64,000 nucleotides of DNA, taken from contig JAQGDQ010000354.1 of assembly GCA_030141605.1 (NCBI GenBank), positions 139,162 to 203,161 of the forward strand, given 5' to 3'. This DNA is from Tubiluchus corallicola. Lineage: Eukaryota; Animalia; Priapulida. The translations under genes and the position numbers were made by a program. The number at the start of each line of letters is the position of its first letter. Positions within the stretch are counted from its first letter, which is position 1. Of the stretch, positions 45,923 through 58,701 are shown in pieces. The notes below the pieces were generated by a model. It worked only from the letters and a program-made list of their open reading frames with translations. It searched no databases and was not told the DNA's origin.

Positions 45923-46370
45923 TTGATTGGATGACGCGAAACAATTGAACAGCTAATGCGATCAGATGTGAAATCAGACAGACAACTTCCACACAGCTGT
46001 AAAATGTACACCGGAAATAAATTTTACCGGGATTTTTTTACGTAACTTATAATTTATGAAGCATCTACTTAGCAGACGAGCATCATATTATAATATCCAC
46101 TTCCTGTTTCATCGGAACGGCTAGTATAATTTTAAAAGTATCTGGCCAACCGGGCAAGGATTTTATTACGTCCCTGGTGCACAAAAAAATCAATTTTTCC
46201 AAAGGGCTCAAAGATGCTGGATTGCTGATTACCGGATTGTAGCTGTGAGCTACTGTATCTTGCATTCACGAAAAGAAATTTGTTGAAGATGTTGTAATAT
46301 GAGTTTAGTTGTGGACTGAATTTTACGTAACGGTGAAAATATTTGGAGAAATACTCAGCTACAGTTGAAA

Positions 46371-47202
46371 ATGGCGCGCAGTGAAATACCCGTTATTGCA
46401 GTGAGCAACAAAGAACGACCAGAGTAAGTATTAATAAATAGAAAATTTAAATAGAAATGTAAGTGTAAGTACTGATAAATAGAAAGTTTAAATGTAGGTT
46501 TAAGTATACCTATAAGCATACATACATATACATATATATATACATATATATGTATATATATATACTTATATACTTATATATGTATATATATATATATATA
46601 CATATATAAGTATATAAGTATATATATATACATATATATATATATATGCTGATGAAAAGATTCTGTCACCACCACTTTTTGTCACTTTTGCGATAACTAG
46701 TTTCAAATATTTATTGGGTGGATGATCATCAGGTGGATGAATTGATCAATTTATTTGGCAACAGGCCACTTGATCACTGTGCCGACCACTGGTCAGATCT
46801 CATTATTATAATAAATTATATGAAACTAGTTGTGGCAAAAGTGACAAAAAATGCTGTTGAGAGAATCTTTTTCTGTATATTACTGAGCACCAGTCACGAA
46901 ACAGAATATTTTTAATATATATTAATAATATATTAAATATCTAGAGGTCTTTTTCTGAATTTATGACGAATACACACACACACACACGCGCGCGCGCACA
47001 CACACACGCACGCACGCACACACACGTGCACACTCACACACGCGCCCACACGCACACGCACGCACGCACGCACACACACACACGTGCACACTCACACACG
47101 CACGCACACACACACGCACACACACACACATACACACACACGCGCACACGCGCACACACACACACGCACGCACACACGCACACACGCACACACGCACGCA
47201 CG

Positions 47203-47234
<32 letters not shown>

Positions 47235-50200
47235 TATGTATGTATGTATGTATGTATATTTAGAAGAGACCCTCTAGATTTGTTGATTAATTAACATTAT
47301 ACATGCAGTAGTGAATTATCAAGGTAGGATGTATGCAATGTTTGTAGACCACTGTTTCATTGGTGTGGAAATATCATTAGCAAATGGAAACTCAAACAAT
47401 GAAGTCATATGAAGCTTTAATCTTAATACTCATGCCATTTTATCTTCGAAAATGTTTGTCCATTGGGAATATACAGTTCCTAACTATTTTTTTACATATT
47501 TAGCTTACTAATCCTCTGTTCTTTGTGCAAATATTCATTTTGTTTGTCTTGTAGTAGAATTTTTAAATATTGATTTTTAATTACGCTTTATTTATTGTTC
47601 TAGGTTACTTATGAAGTACAGAAATATACGTAAAATAAATAAATTTAATAGTATTTTTTCCAATTGTCAATGACGGTATAGCTAAAGGCGCGTTCAGACT
47701 AGTGAGTTTTTCCTCTGATTGCAAAACGTGTGAAGTGCTTTGCAGGTTACTGTTGGCAAGTTATTGCAAAATCTCCGACAGTTACTGCGAGTTGAGTTAC
47801 TGTCTAATGTGAACGCCTCGGTAAGTTACTCTCGGCACTTCTCGCAGTGAATAGAGAAGAGAGTGTTAACTCGCGCTTACTGTCGGAGAGTAACTCTCAG
47901 CAAGTTTTGCTCTCTAGGCTGAACACGCTTGCGAGTTACTTAGAGTGTTACTCTCGACATTTCTCTGCAGTGAATAGAGAAGTGAGTGTTAACTCGCATT
48001 TACTGTCGAAGAGTAACTCACAACAAGTTTTGCTCTCTAGTCTGAACACGCGTGCGAGTTACTTGGCGAGAAAACTCGCCAGTCTGAACGCATCCATGAC
48101 TTATTATTTAGAGATGGAAATTTGCCAGATATCGAAAAAGCTGGCAGTCTTCACGAATTTCTGATGAACCAGCACGATGAGCTGGGAGAGATCTTTTCAT
48201 TTTGGTGGGGTTCCACCCGCGTGATCAGCATTGCCAAACCAGAGTTATTTCAGAACCAAAGAGACGTGGTGGACGTACCAGGTAAACCTTAGGAGTAAGT
48301 CCTGGTTAGGGGTGAGCATACTCTACCGGAAAGCGAATTCGAATCGAACCGCATTTGTGACTTTCGAATTCGAATCGAACCGAACTTCAGTGTTTCGAAT
48401 CCGAACCGAATTCCAATTGAGATTGAAAGATTTTCGAACAAGTTTCCGAACCACCAGTAAAAATTAGTCTTACAAAGATCATGCATATCACTAGATTTTG
48501 TTCTGCAATAAAACGACTAGTAATTTGTTTAAAATTGTGCGCAAAAATCACAGCCAAATTATGCTAATTGCATGATGTTTCAATCGTTTTAGTGATAAAG
48601 AACACGTGTGATTGAAGTGCTGAATTATTCGAATCTATAATTTTGGATTCGAATCGAATTCGAACTAAAAAAACTCGCTTGAATCGAATTCGAGCGTTCG
48701 ATGCTCACCCCTAGTCCTGGTTAGCAATGTCATTATGAACTGATAAAAGTAACTGAAAATGATGGTAGCAGCAGTAAGTGGGGAGTGCAGAACTTTCACA
48801 ACTATAAATATAGAAATGTGATTTTTTATTACAGTCACTTAAAAACATTTCTAGTTAAAACAGCACGGCTTTATTAAAACTTTTAATTTACACATTTAAA
48901 AATTCATGTCAAAAGTTTCGACAGAGTTACTGCCGTCATCATCAGTGGTATAGGACATTATGCACTAATTATGGATTTAACAAAAGTCAAATAGGTAAGG
49001 ATTAAGCAGACCTGTAGAAAAGAAATTGATACAGTAAATTATGCACTAATTATGTATTTACAAAAACCAAATAGGTAAGGATTAAGCAGACCAGTAAAAA
49101 AGAAATTGATACAGTAAATTATGCACTAATTATGTATTTACAAAAGACAAATAGGTAATGATTAAGCAGACCTGTAGAAAAGAAATTGATACAGTAAATT
49201 ATGCACTAATTATGTATTTACAAAAGCCAAATAGGTAATGATTAAGCAGACCTGTAGAAAAGAAATTGATACAGTAAATTATGCACTAATTATGTATTTA
49301 CAAAAGCCAAATAGGTAATGATTAAGCAGACCTGTAGAAAAGAAATTTATACAGTAAATTATGCACTAATTATGTATTTACAAAAGCCAAATAGGTAATG
49401 ATTAAGCAGACCTGTAGAAAAGAAATTTATACAGTAAATTATGCACTAATTATGTATTTACAAAAAGCCAAAAAGGTAATGAATAAGCAGACCTGTAGAA
49501 AAGAAATTTATACAGTAAATTATGCACTAATTATGTATTTACAAAAAGCCAAAAAGGTAATGAATAAGCAGACCTGTAGAAAAGAAATTTATACAGTAAA
49601 TTATGCACTAATTATGTATTTACAAAAAGCCAAAAAGGTAATGAATAAGCAGACCTGTAGAAAAGAAATTGATACAGTAAATTATGCACTAATTATGTAT
49701 TTACAAAAGCCAAATAGGTAAGGATTAAGCAGACCTGTAGAAAAGAAATTGATACAGTAAATTATGCACTAATTATGTATTTACAAAAGCCAAATAGGTA
49801 AGGATTAAGCAGACCTGTAGAAAAGAAATTGATACAGTAAATTATGCACTAATTATGTATTTACAAAAGCCAAATAAATAAGGATTAAGCAGACCTGTAG
49901 AAAAGAAATTGATACAGTAAATTATGCACTAATTATGTATTTACAAAAGCCAAATAGGTAAGGATTAAGCAGACCTGTAGAAAAGAAATTGATACAGTAA
50001 ATTATGCACTAATTATCTATTTACAAAAGCCAAATAGGTAAGGATTAAGCAGACCTGTAGAAAAGAAATTGATGCAGTAAATTATGCACTAATTATGTGT
50101 TTAACAAAAGTCAAATAGGTAATGATTAAGCAGACCTGTAGAAAAGAAATTGATACAGTAAATTATGCACTAATTATGTGTTTAACAAAAGTCAAATAGG

Positions 50201-53200
50201 TAATGATTAAGCAGACCTGTAGAAAAGAAATTGATACAGTAAATTATGCACTAATTATCTATTTACAAAAGCCAAATAGGTAAGGATTAAGCAGACCTGT
50301 AGAAAAGAAATTGATACAGTAAATTATGCACTAATTATGTGTTTAACAAAAGTCAAATAGGTAATGATTAAGCAGACCTGTAGAAAAGAAATTGATACAG
50401 TAAATTATGCACTAATTATGTATTTACAAAAGTCAAATAGGTGATGATTAAGCAGACCTGTAGAAAAGAAATTGATGCAGTAAATTATGCACTAATTATG
50501 TGTTTAACAAAAGTCAAATAGGTAATGATTAAGCAGACCTGTAGAAAAGAAATTGATGCAGTAAATTATGCACTAATTATGTGTTTAACAAAAGTCAAAT
50601 AGGTAATGATTAAGCAGACCTGTAGAAAAGAAATTACAGTAAATTATGCACTAATTATGTGTTTAACAAGAATCAAAATAGGTAATGATTAAGCAGACCT
50701 GTAGAAAAGAAATTGATACAGTAAATTATGCACTAATTATGTGTTTAACAAAAGTCAAATAGGTAATGATTAAGCAGACCTGTAGAAAAGAAATTGATAC
50801 AGTAAATTATGCACTAATTATGTGTTTAACAAAAGTCAAATAGGTAATGATTAAGCAGACCTGTAGAAAAGAAATTGATACAGTAAATTATGCACTAATT
50901 ATGTATTTACAAAAGCCAAATAGGTAAGGATTAAGCAGACCTGTAGAAAAGAAATTGATACAGTAAATTATGCACTAATTATGTGTTTAACAAAAGTCAA
51001 ATAGGTAATGATTAAGCAGACCTGTAGAAAAGAAATTGATACAGTAAATTATGCACTAATTATGTATTTACAAAAGCCAAATAGGTAAGGATTAAGCAGA
51101 CCTGTAGAAAAGAAATTGATGCAGTAAATTATGCACTAATTATGTGTTTAACAAAAGTCAAATAGGTAATGATTAAGCAGACCTGTAGAAAAGAAATTGA
51201 TGCAGTAAATTATGCACTAATTATGTGTTTAACAAAAGTCAAATAGGTAATGATTAAGCAGACCTGTAGAAAAGAAATTGATACAGTAAATTATGCACTA
51301 ATTATGTATTTACAAAAGCCAAATAGGTAAGGATTAAGCAGACCTGTAGAAAAGAAATTGATACAGTAAATTATGCACTAATTATGTGTTTAACAAAAGT
51401 CAAATAGGTAATGATTAAGCAGACCTGTAGAAAAGAAATTGATACAGTAAATTATGCACTAATTATGTGTTTAACAAAAGTCAAATAGGTAATGATTAAG
51501 CAGACCTGTAGAAAAGAAATTGATACAGTAAATTATGCACTAATTATGTGTTACAAAAGTCAAATAGGTAATGATTAAGCAGACCTGTAGAAAAGAAATT
51601 GATACAGTAAATTATGCACTAATTATGTGTTTAACAAAAGTCAAATAGGTAATGATTAAGCAGACCTGTAGAAAAGAAATTGATACAGTAAATTATGCAC
51701 TAATTATGTGTTTAACAGAAGCCAAATAGGTAATGATTAAGCAGATCAGTAGAAAAGAAATTGATACAGTAAATTATGCACTAATTATGTATTTACAAAA
51801 GTCAAATAGGTAATGATTAAGCAGACCAGTAAAGAAATTTGATACAGTAAATTATGCACTAATTATGTATTTTCAAAAGTCAAATAGGTAATGATTAAGC
51901 AGACCAGTAGAAGAGAAATTGATACAGTAAATTATGCACTAATTATGTATTTAACAAAAAGCCAAATAAGTAATGAATAAACAGATCAGTAGAAAAGAAA
52001 TTAATACAGTAAATTATGCACTAATTATGTATTTACAAAAGCCAAATAGGTAATGATTAAGCAGACCAGTAGAAAAGAAATTGATACAGTAAGAAATAGC
52101 GAAGTATTTGAGAATAAATTTAAAGAAATTGAACTGGTTTGTACATTAACAGATGACTTACTAAGGTAAAACTTAAGAAACTTTCTTTTATTAATTCGAT
52201 TAATTGAATTTGAACTGTGAAAGTCTCTACGTAAAAGTGAAATGTTGTAAATACTTCAAATGCATCTCTTGGAGGCGCCAGATAAGAGACGCTTATAAGT
52301 TCTTTCTAAAGACATTAGCAGAAGTGGTGAACTTTCGTGGGCTACGTGCATTAAAACTCTTTTGTTTGATTTGGGTTTTGGACATGTTTGGAAGAACCAA
52401 AGTACATTTAATAAAAAGAAATTTATCAAAGCCATCAATGATAAATTTGAATCTCAGTGTAGACAGTAATGGCAGCAAGAAATGAACAGGGCTGCAACCG
52501 AATGAAAATAACAATAAACTTAGAACGTATAAATGTTTTAAAAATTCTTATAAGATGGAAAATTATTTGTTGAATGGTATTCCAAAACATGTCAAAACTA
52601 TCTTAACTAGATTTCGTATTAACGCTCGTAAATTAGCAATCGAAATCGGTAGATAGTCATAAGCCGAAAAAATATCTGTATTACAACAAATATGTAAAAT
52701 TTTTGTATGAACAAAGTAAAGGATGAATTGTATGTAATTACTGAATGTCTACTGTGCGCTCATGTAAGAGACGAATCTTTTAATGTTCTTTCTCATTTCT
52801 GTCCCAACTTTCATCACGTCACTTAATTAGCAGTTCGTGTTTCAATTGCATCACAAGATGTAGAAGTTATGAAAATTAATGCTAGATTGGTCCACAAAAT
52901 ATTTGAAGTTAGACCCGACTGAGATAACTCAGTGCTAGCGTGACTGACTGACTAACTGCAATACTTATCATATTAAGTTTATGATATATATGCATGTTGC
53001 TCTGTTGTATACGTTTTTGTGCTTGAACCATTATTCCACGTACGTGTCGTTTCTTTGTTCAGATGTAGAATGTTATTAACAAGCCAGTCTTCCTACCCTT
53101 TTGAACATTCTTTTATCCATCACTTCTATCCTTACTTTGCACAAATTTTTTTTAGATTGCCTAAAACCTTCGGTTTTTTTGTTCTTTCTTTTTTTCTCAT

Positions 53201-53366
53201 TATTTGGACGTGTTTACAATAGTGCAAGCACCTACCAAGTTTTACTTCTGGTTCTGCCCATTTATTATATGCACGCCGCTGTCATAACAAAATATAATCA
53301 TTGTTATTAATATCTATTTTTCTCCGTATTTCTTGATATTGTATTTGTATTTACACTTTCAAATAA

Positions 53367-53424
<58 letters not shown>

Positions 53425-53503
53425 ATTATTAAGTCTAGTTTTTCTTTGTCTCTTGTATTGTGCTTTTCTCAGCTGGTTAATATGTGTTATATACTGTAAC
53501 TGC

Positions 53504-53535
<32 letters not shown>

Positions 53536-53555
53536 AAGTAGTAGTAGTAGTAGAT

Positions 53556-53631
<76 letters not shown>

Positions 53632-56076
53632 ATGAAGTAGTAGTAGTAGTAGTAGCAGTAGTAGTAGTAGCAGTAGTAGTAGCAGTAGTAGATGAAGTAG
53701 TAGTAGTAGTAGTAGCAGCAGCAGTAGTAGTAGCAGCAGCAGCAGCAGCAGCAGTAGTAGAAATCTTTATTTGCCATTTTAAAAACATTGACCATCATAT
53801 TAAAGGACAGACAATCAATGTTATTCATATAACAACATACACTGTTCTGCGCAAATGCGTCTGGTGCAAGCTAAACCATAAGTGCAACTAGAAATTCAAA
53901 AATAAAATATAAACTAGCTTAGTAAGGTCTAGGAAAAATGAAATTATGATTTGAGTAAGTATCATCGTGTTCGTATGTCGGATATTCAAAACGAGTCATT
54001 AAATGTTTTTTTTTAATTTAGACTTGAATATTGATAAAGAGCTGCTGTGTTTTAGTGATGTCGGTAATGAATTCCAAAGTTGTATTGCTTGCTTACTTGT
54101 TGTTTTCGTTATTATAAATGGACTACAATATTTCACACACGGATTTAGATGTACTACAACCGCATATTTTGTCACTGTTGGGAAAGAATTGTCTGATGTT
54201 CGAGACAGGAGAAAATGTAGGGAAACGCAGAGCCATCTACCGGCCAGCTTTTGATGTGGATATTATCAGAAAATGCTTTGGAGAGATCCAGAAGGTAAGA
54301 TGATCTTTTAGTAAAGAGGACCTGTTGAACTATGTTAAAAAGTATTAGATTATGTTAGATAATTATGTTGATGAATGCTGACATGAAGCCAGTTAAGGAG
54401 TGGTGTCACGTGAGTAAGTGATTCAGAACCGAAGCGTAGGCGTCGATGCGTCGAAGCTCGGCGCACGATATATAAGCCTCGTGATGCGCCCAGCTCAGGG
54501 GATTGAGTCTGGGAGCTGAAGGAGAGCAAGCTAGATCAGGGGGCTTGGCATTACTATCTGTTATATTTATTGTGTTTGATGTTCAATAAACGTGTAGTTT
54601 TATAATCTGACTCTTCGTAGTTTTGCCATCCCTAAAACACCAATAATCAGCTATACACAAGCAATATAACGAATTACTTTACTCTTTTTCATTTATCCTG
54701 ACGTGCTAAGATAACACAATGAGAAAACTACGTGCATTGTCATTAGTGTAATAATACTAAAAGAAGAGTGAAGTATCTCGGGAAGTTTAGCTTGTTTTAA
54801 TATTTAAAAAACTTAGAAAGTTTCAACAATAAAATTGTTATGAGCGCCTCGTGTAATTCGTAAAATCAATTTAAAGTCGCGATCATTTCAAGCTTGGGAA
54901 CGCGCATTATGACGAAACAATAACCTCATCTGGTGGTCATGCTATATTAACACTCATCTTGCCAGGTGTCTGAGCAAATTATTTTGTAACTAATATGAAT
55001 TATAGACAATCCTGAACGAGAGATTATTAATGCTATTTTTTGCCATAATCCGGTGTAGTAAAGCAATGCAAGGACTTTGAAGGTCTTTCTAGTTAATCTG
55101 ATGACTAGTTTTTACAAAAGCACAGTTAAACACGAAGGTTTAGTCAGTTATAAGAGTTGAATTTCTGAGTGAACTGCACAAGCTTTGTTACGTGTGCCTT
55201 CGTGCTGTCCACCAGCACACAGTTAAACACGAAGGTTTAGTCAACTAGAAGAGTTGAATTTCTGAGTGAACTGCACAAGCTTTATTACATGTACCTTCGT
55301 GCTGCCCACCAGCTTACGTCATTTTTTTTCAAATATTCCCGCAGCGAGGTCCGTTTGGCGGGAAGATGGGAAATGTCAAAGTTTTTTTGCATTTTAAGCA
55401 GGATAATTTATGCGCATATATTATGTGATAATTCCAATATTTTTAGGTGTGTATTAAAATAGTACAAATGTTGTTCGAAAGCTGACATTTCCTTTAGGTC
55501 AGTAACATCTCCAGGAAACTTCACTAAGCAGGTAAAACGTAACATATTTTGCAGATATGCGAAGAAACTGCTACAGCGTGGAGCCAGTTACCTGCTAATA
55601 AACCACTTCCAGTCTACAGTGAGATGATGAGTCTTTCCACGAAGCTGTTTATAAAGACTTGTTTTGCAGCAGACATCAGTACTGAAACTGCTAAGCAACT
55701 CGGAGAACATTATCATGTGGTATATAATATATAATTACTTGTATTAATAAATAAGAATAGAGGAGTGTCACCATCGTTGTCGTTGGTCATCGTGTTCGTC
55801 GTCATTTTACCTGTTTTAATATTGTTGTCATTGTTGCAGTTGCTACTGCTGCTGCTGTTGTTGCTGCTGCTGCTGCTGTCGTTTCTGACGTTGTTGATGA
55901 TGATGATGAAGATGTTGTTGTTGTTGTTGTTGCTGCTGTTGTTTTTATGTTATTATTGTTGTTGTTGTTTTTGTTATTGTTGTTGTTGCTGCTACTGATG
56001 TTGTTGCTGTTGCTGCTGTTGTCTTTGTTGCTGCTTCTGCTGCTGCTGTCGTTTTTCACGTTGTTGTTGATGATGA

Positions 56077-56110
<34 letters not shown>

Positions 56111-58492
56111 GCTGCTGTTGTTTTTTATGTTATTATTGTTGTTGTTGCTGCTGCTGCTGTTGTTTTTTATGTTGTTGTTGTTGATGATGATGAAGATGTT
56201 GTTGTTGTTGTTGCTGCTGCTGTTGTTTTTGATGTTGTTGTTGTTGATAATGATGATGAAGATGTTGTTGTTGTTGTTGTTGTTGTTGCTGCTGCTGTTG
56301 TGGTTGTTGTTGTTAATCTCGTAAGCTCATAGTTCCAAACTTCCAATGTAATGTGAGAGTAATAGAATATCTCCAGAAGTACATCTTCATTATTAATGTT
56401 ATTTGTTTAACAACAGTTCCATTTGTGTCATGTACGATTAGGTGGCCCCAAGTTTTCCTCTATATTCACATTACAGAGTAGATAATTCAACGCTAAAATT
56501 AGGTTATACTAGATTAGGTTAGATTCAAATGTTTTGATAGCTTGCTAAAGTGGCCTTATTTTTAATTACTGTCTGGTTCCAGTAGGCTTTTAGAAATGCT
56601 TCGAGAACCGTCTTGAGCGTCAGCTTCCACTGGTCGGCTGCCCTTGGAGACCTGCAGGTCAACATAAATTGTTGCTACACAAATGAAAATTAAAGTACAA
56701 GAAAATCCTCCCCTTACATAAAGCGTAAAAATTCGTCTTGAAATTTTATACCACTCACACACTGCCTTGCGTACAGGGCTTGCATCGACAGTCACGCTGT
56801 ATAAAACATGTAAATTTAAACTCCCGTGATGACCGTTAGACGCAGCCATTTTAACGATAAGTCACTTGAAACAAGTTCAGATAACACTGAGTAAAGTTTG
56901 AAAAAATAATCAGAGCATTCGTAGTGCACACGTCACTAACTGAGTAAAATTTTAAATTACTGTATCTTGGCGAAAAAGATTAAAAATACGTTTTTGGTTA
57001 GTGAGTGGTGCACCCTGGAGGTGAGTCAACGACATTTTACGAATTGGTGAAAACATTTTAAATAACTAATAATTTTCTTTTCTAGTTGCACGAGTTTTTC
57101 AAGTCGGTAAGCGAAATACCAAGTAATATAATTTTGCATGGAAACTTTGTTGGGACGTAATTTGACATTTCTTTTTCTTCCCCTTATTTACGTTGTGCAT
57201 AAATGACGTCATGTAATGGCGCCATCGAAACGGTTTTTCGGGAGATTTAAAATGAAAACAAATAAAAAATCATTTCAAAGCGAGAACGATATACGCATTA
57301 AATTGCTGTAAAGTTATATAGTTTTTTTAAGGCAATTTTTCTGAAACCTACTTCAGGCACCCCTTTTCTGTCCTTTAACATCGTTATACGTGTCTAATAT
57401 TTATTTATTATTATTTATTATTTTCATTATTTATTTCTAGTTACGAGAACTAGAGCGAAGCCTTTTGAGCAATGAAGAAAAAATAAAGGGTAGTGCAGTG
57501 ACACAAGGTAAGAGAAAATACTGTTAATTCTGCATACATCAAGTAAAGAGGACCTATTGAACTATGTTAAAAGCGTTAGATTATGATAGATAATTATGTT
57601 GATGAATGCTGGCGTGAAGCCAGTTAAGGAGTAGTGTCACGAGAGCAAGTGATTCAGAACCGAAGCGTAGATGTCGAAGTCCCTTGTGACGCGCCCAGCT
57701 CAGGGGATTGAGTCTGGGAGCTGAAGGAGAGCAGGCTAGATCAGGGGGCTTGGCATTACTATCTGTTATATTTATTGTGTTTGATGTTCAATAAACGTGT
57801 AGTTTTATAATCTGACTCTTCATAGTTTTGCCATCCCTAAAACACCAATAATCAGCTTTACATAAGCAATACAACGACTTATTTTACTCATATATACTTG
57901 TTGAAAATCAGGTAAAAGTCATAATTTCCAAGTAAACATGGCGAATTGATTCAATAACGCTAGAGACATGCGCCCTTATTAATGAAGACAAATGAAGAAC
58001 AAATGGAAAACTATCATAATTCTGTAATTATCTTACCAATCTCTCTAGTATATTTCTCTAATTTATAATTCCAGAATTTATAATTAAAAATTTCAGCTGC
58101 AGAAGATGTAAGAAACACACTGAAGGAACTGATGGAAAAGAGAAAAGAGAATCCACCAACAAGTGATGATGATTACCGTCTTGTTGATGCACTAATTAAT
58201 CCTAACAATTCTCTTGACGAAGCAACACAACTGAGTGATGCTCTCTTGTTTTGGTATATGTCAAATGCAGTAGGAATGGGTAAGTTCTGTGAACTGTATC
58301 TACGTCAAAAAGTTTCATCAGTTTCGTAGTCATTATAGTTTACCAATGATGATGATGATGATGACGACGACGACGACGACGACGATGATGATGATAGTGA
58401 TGGTGGTGGTGATAGTGATCGTGGCGGTGATGATGATGTTGATGGTAATAGTGATGGTGGTGGTGGTGATGATGATGATGAGGATGATGATG

Positions 58493-58550
<58 letters not shown>

Positions 58551-58585
58551 GGATAATGTTTTTGACGATGATGACAATGACGTGA

Positions 58586-58662
<77 letters not shown>

Positions 58663-58663
58663 A

Positions 58664-58701
<38 letters not shown>

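Noticed and set aside
49398-49721. 107-aa ORF with a 27-aa repeat
   Set aside because: Chance frame from a few 81-bp satellite units; neighbouring 80-bp units break it.
54310-57888. Full-length LTR retrotransposon bounded by two family D copies
   Set aside because: The interior holds host P450 exons 4-5 and no gag or pol sequence, and the first copy has its own flanking direct repeat.
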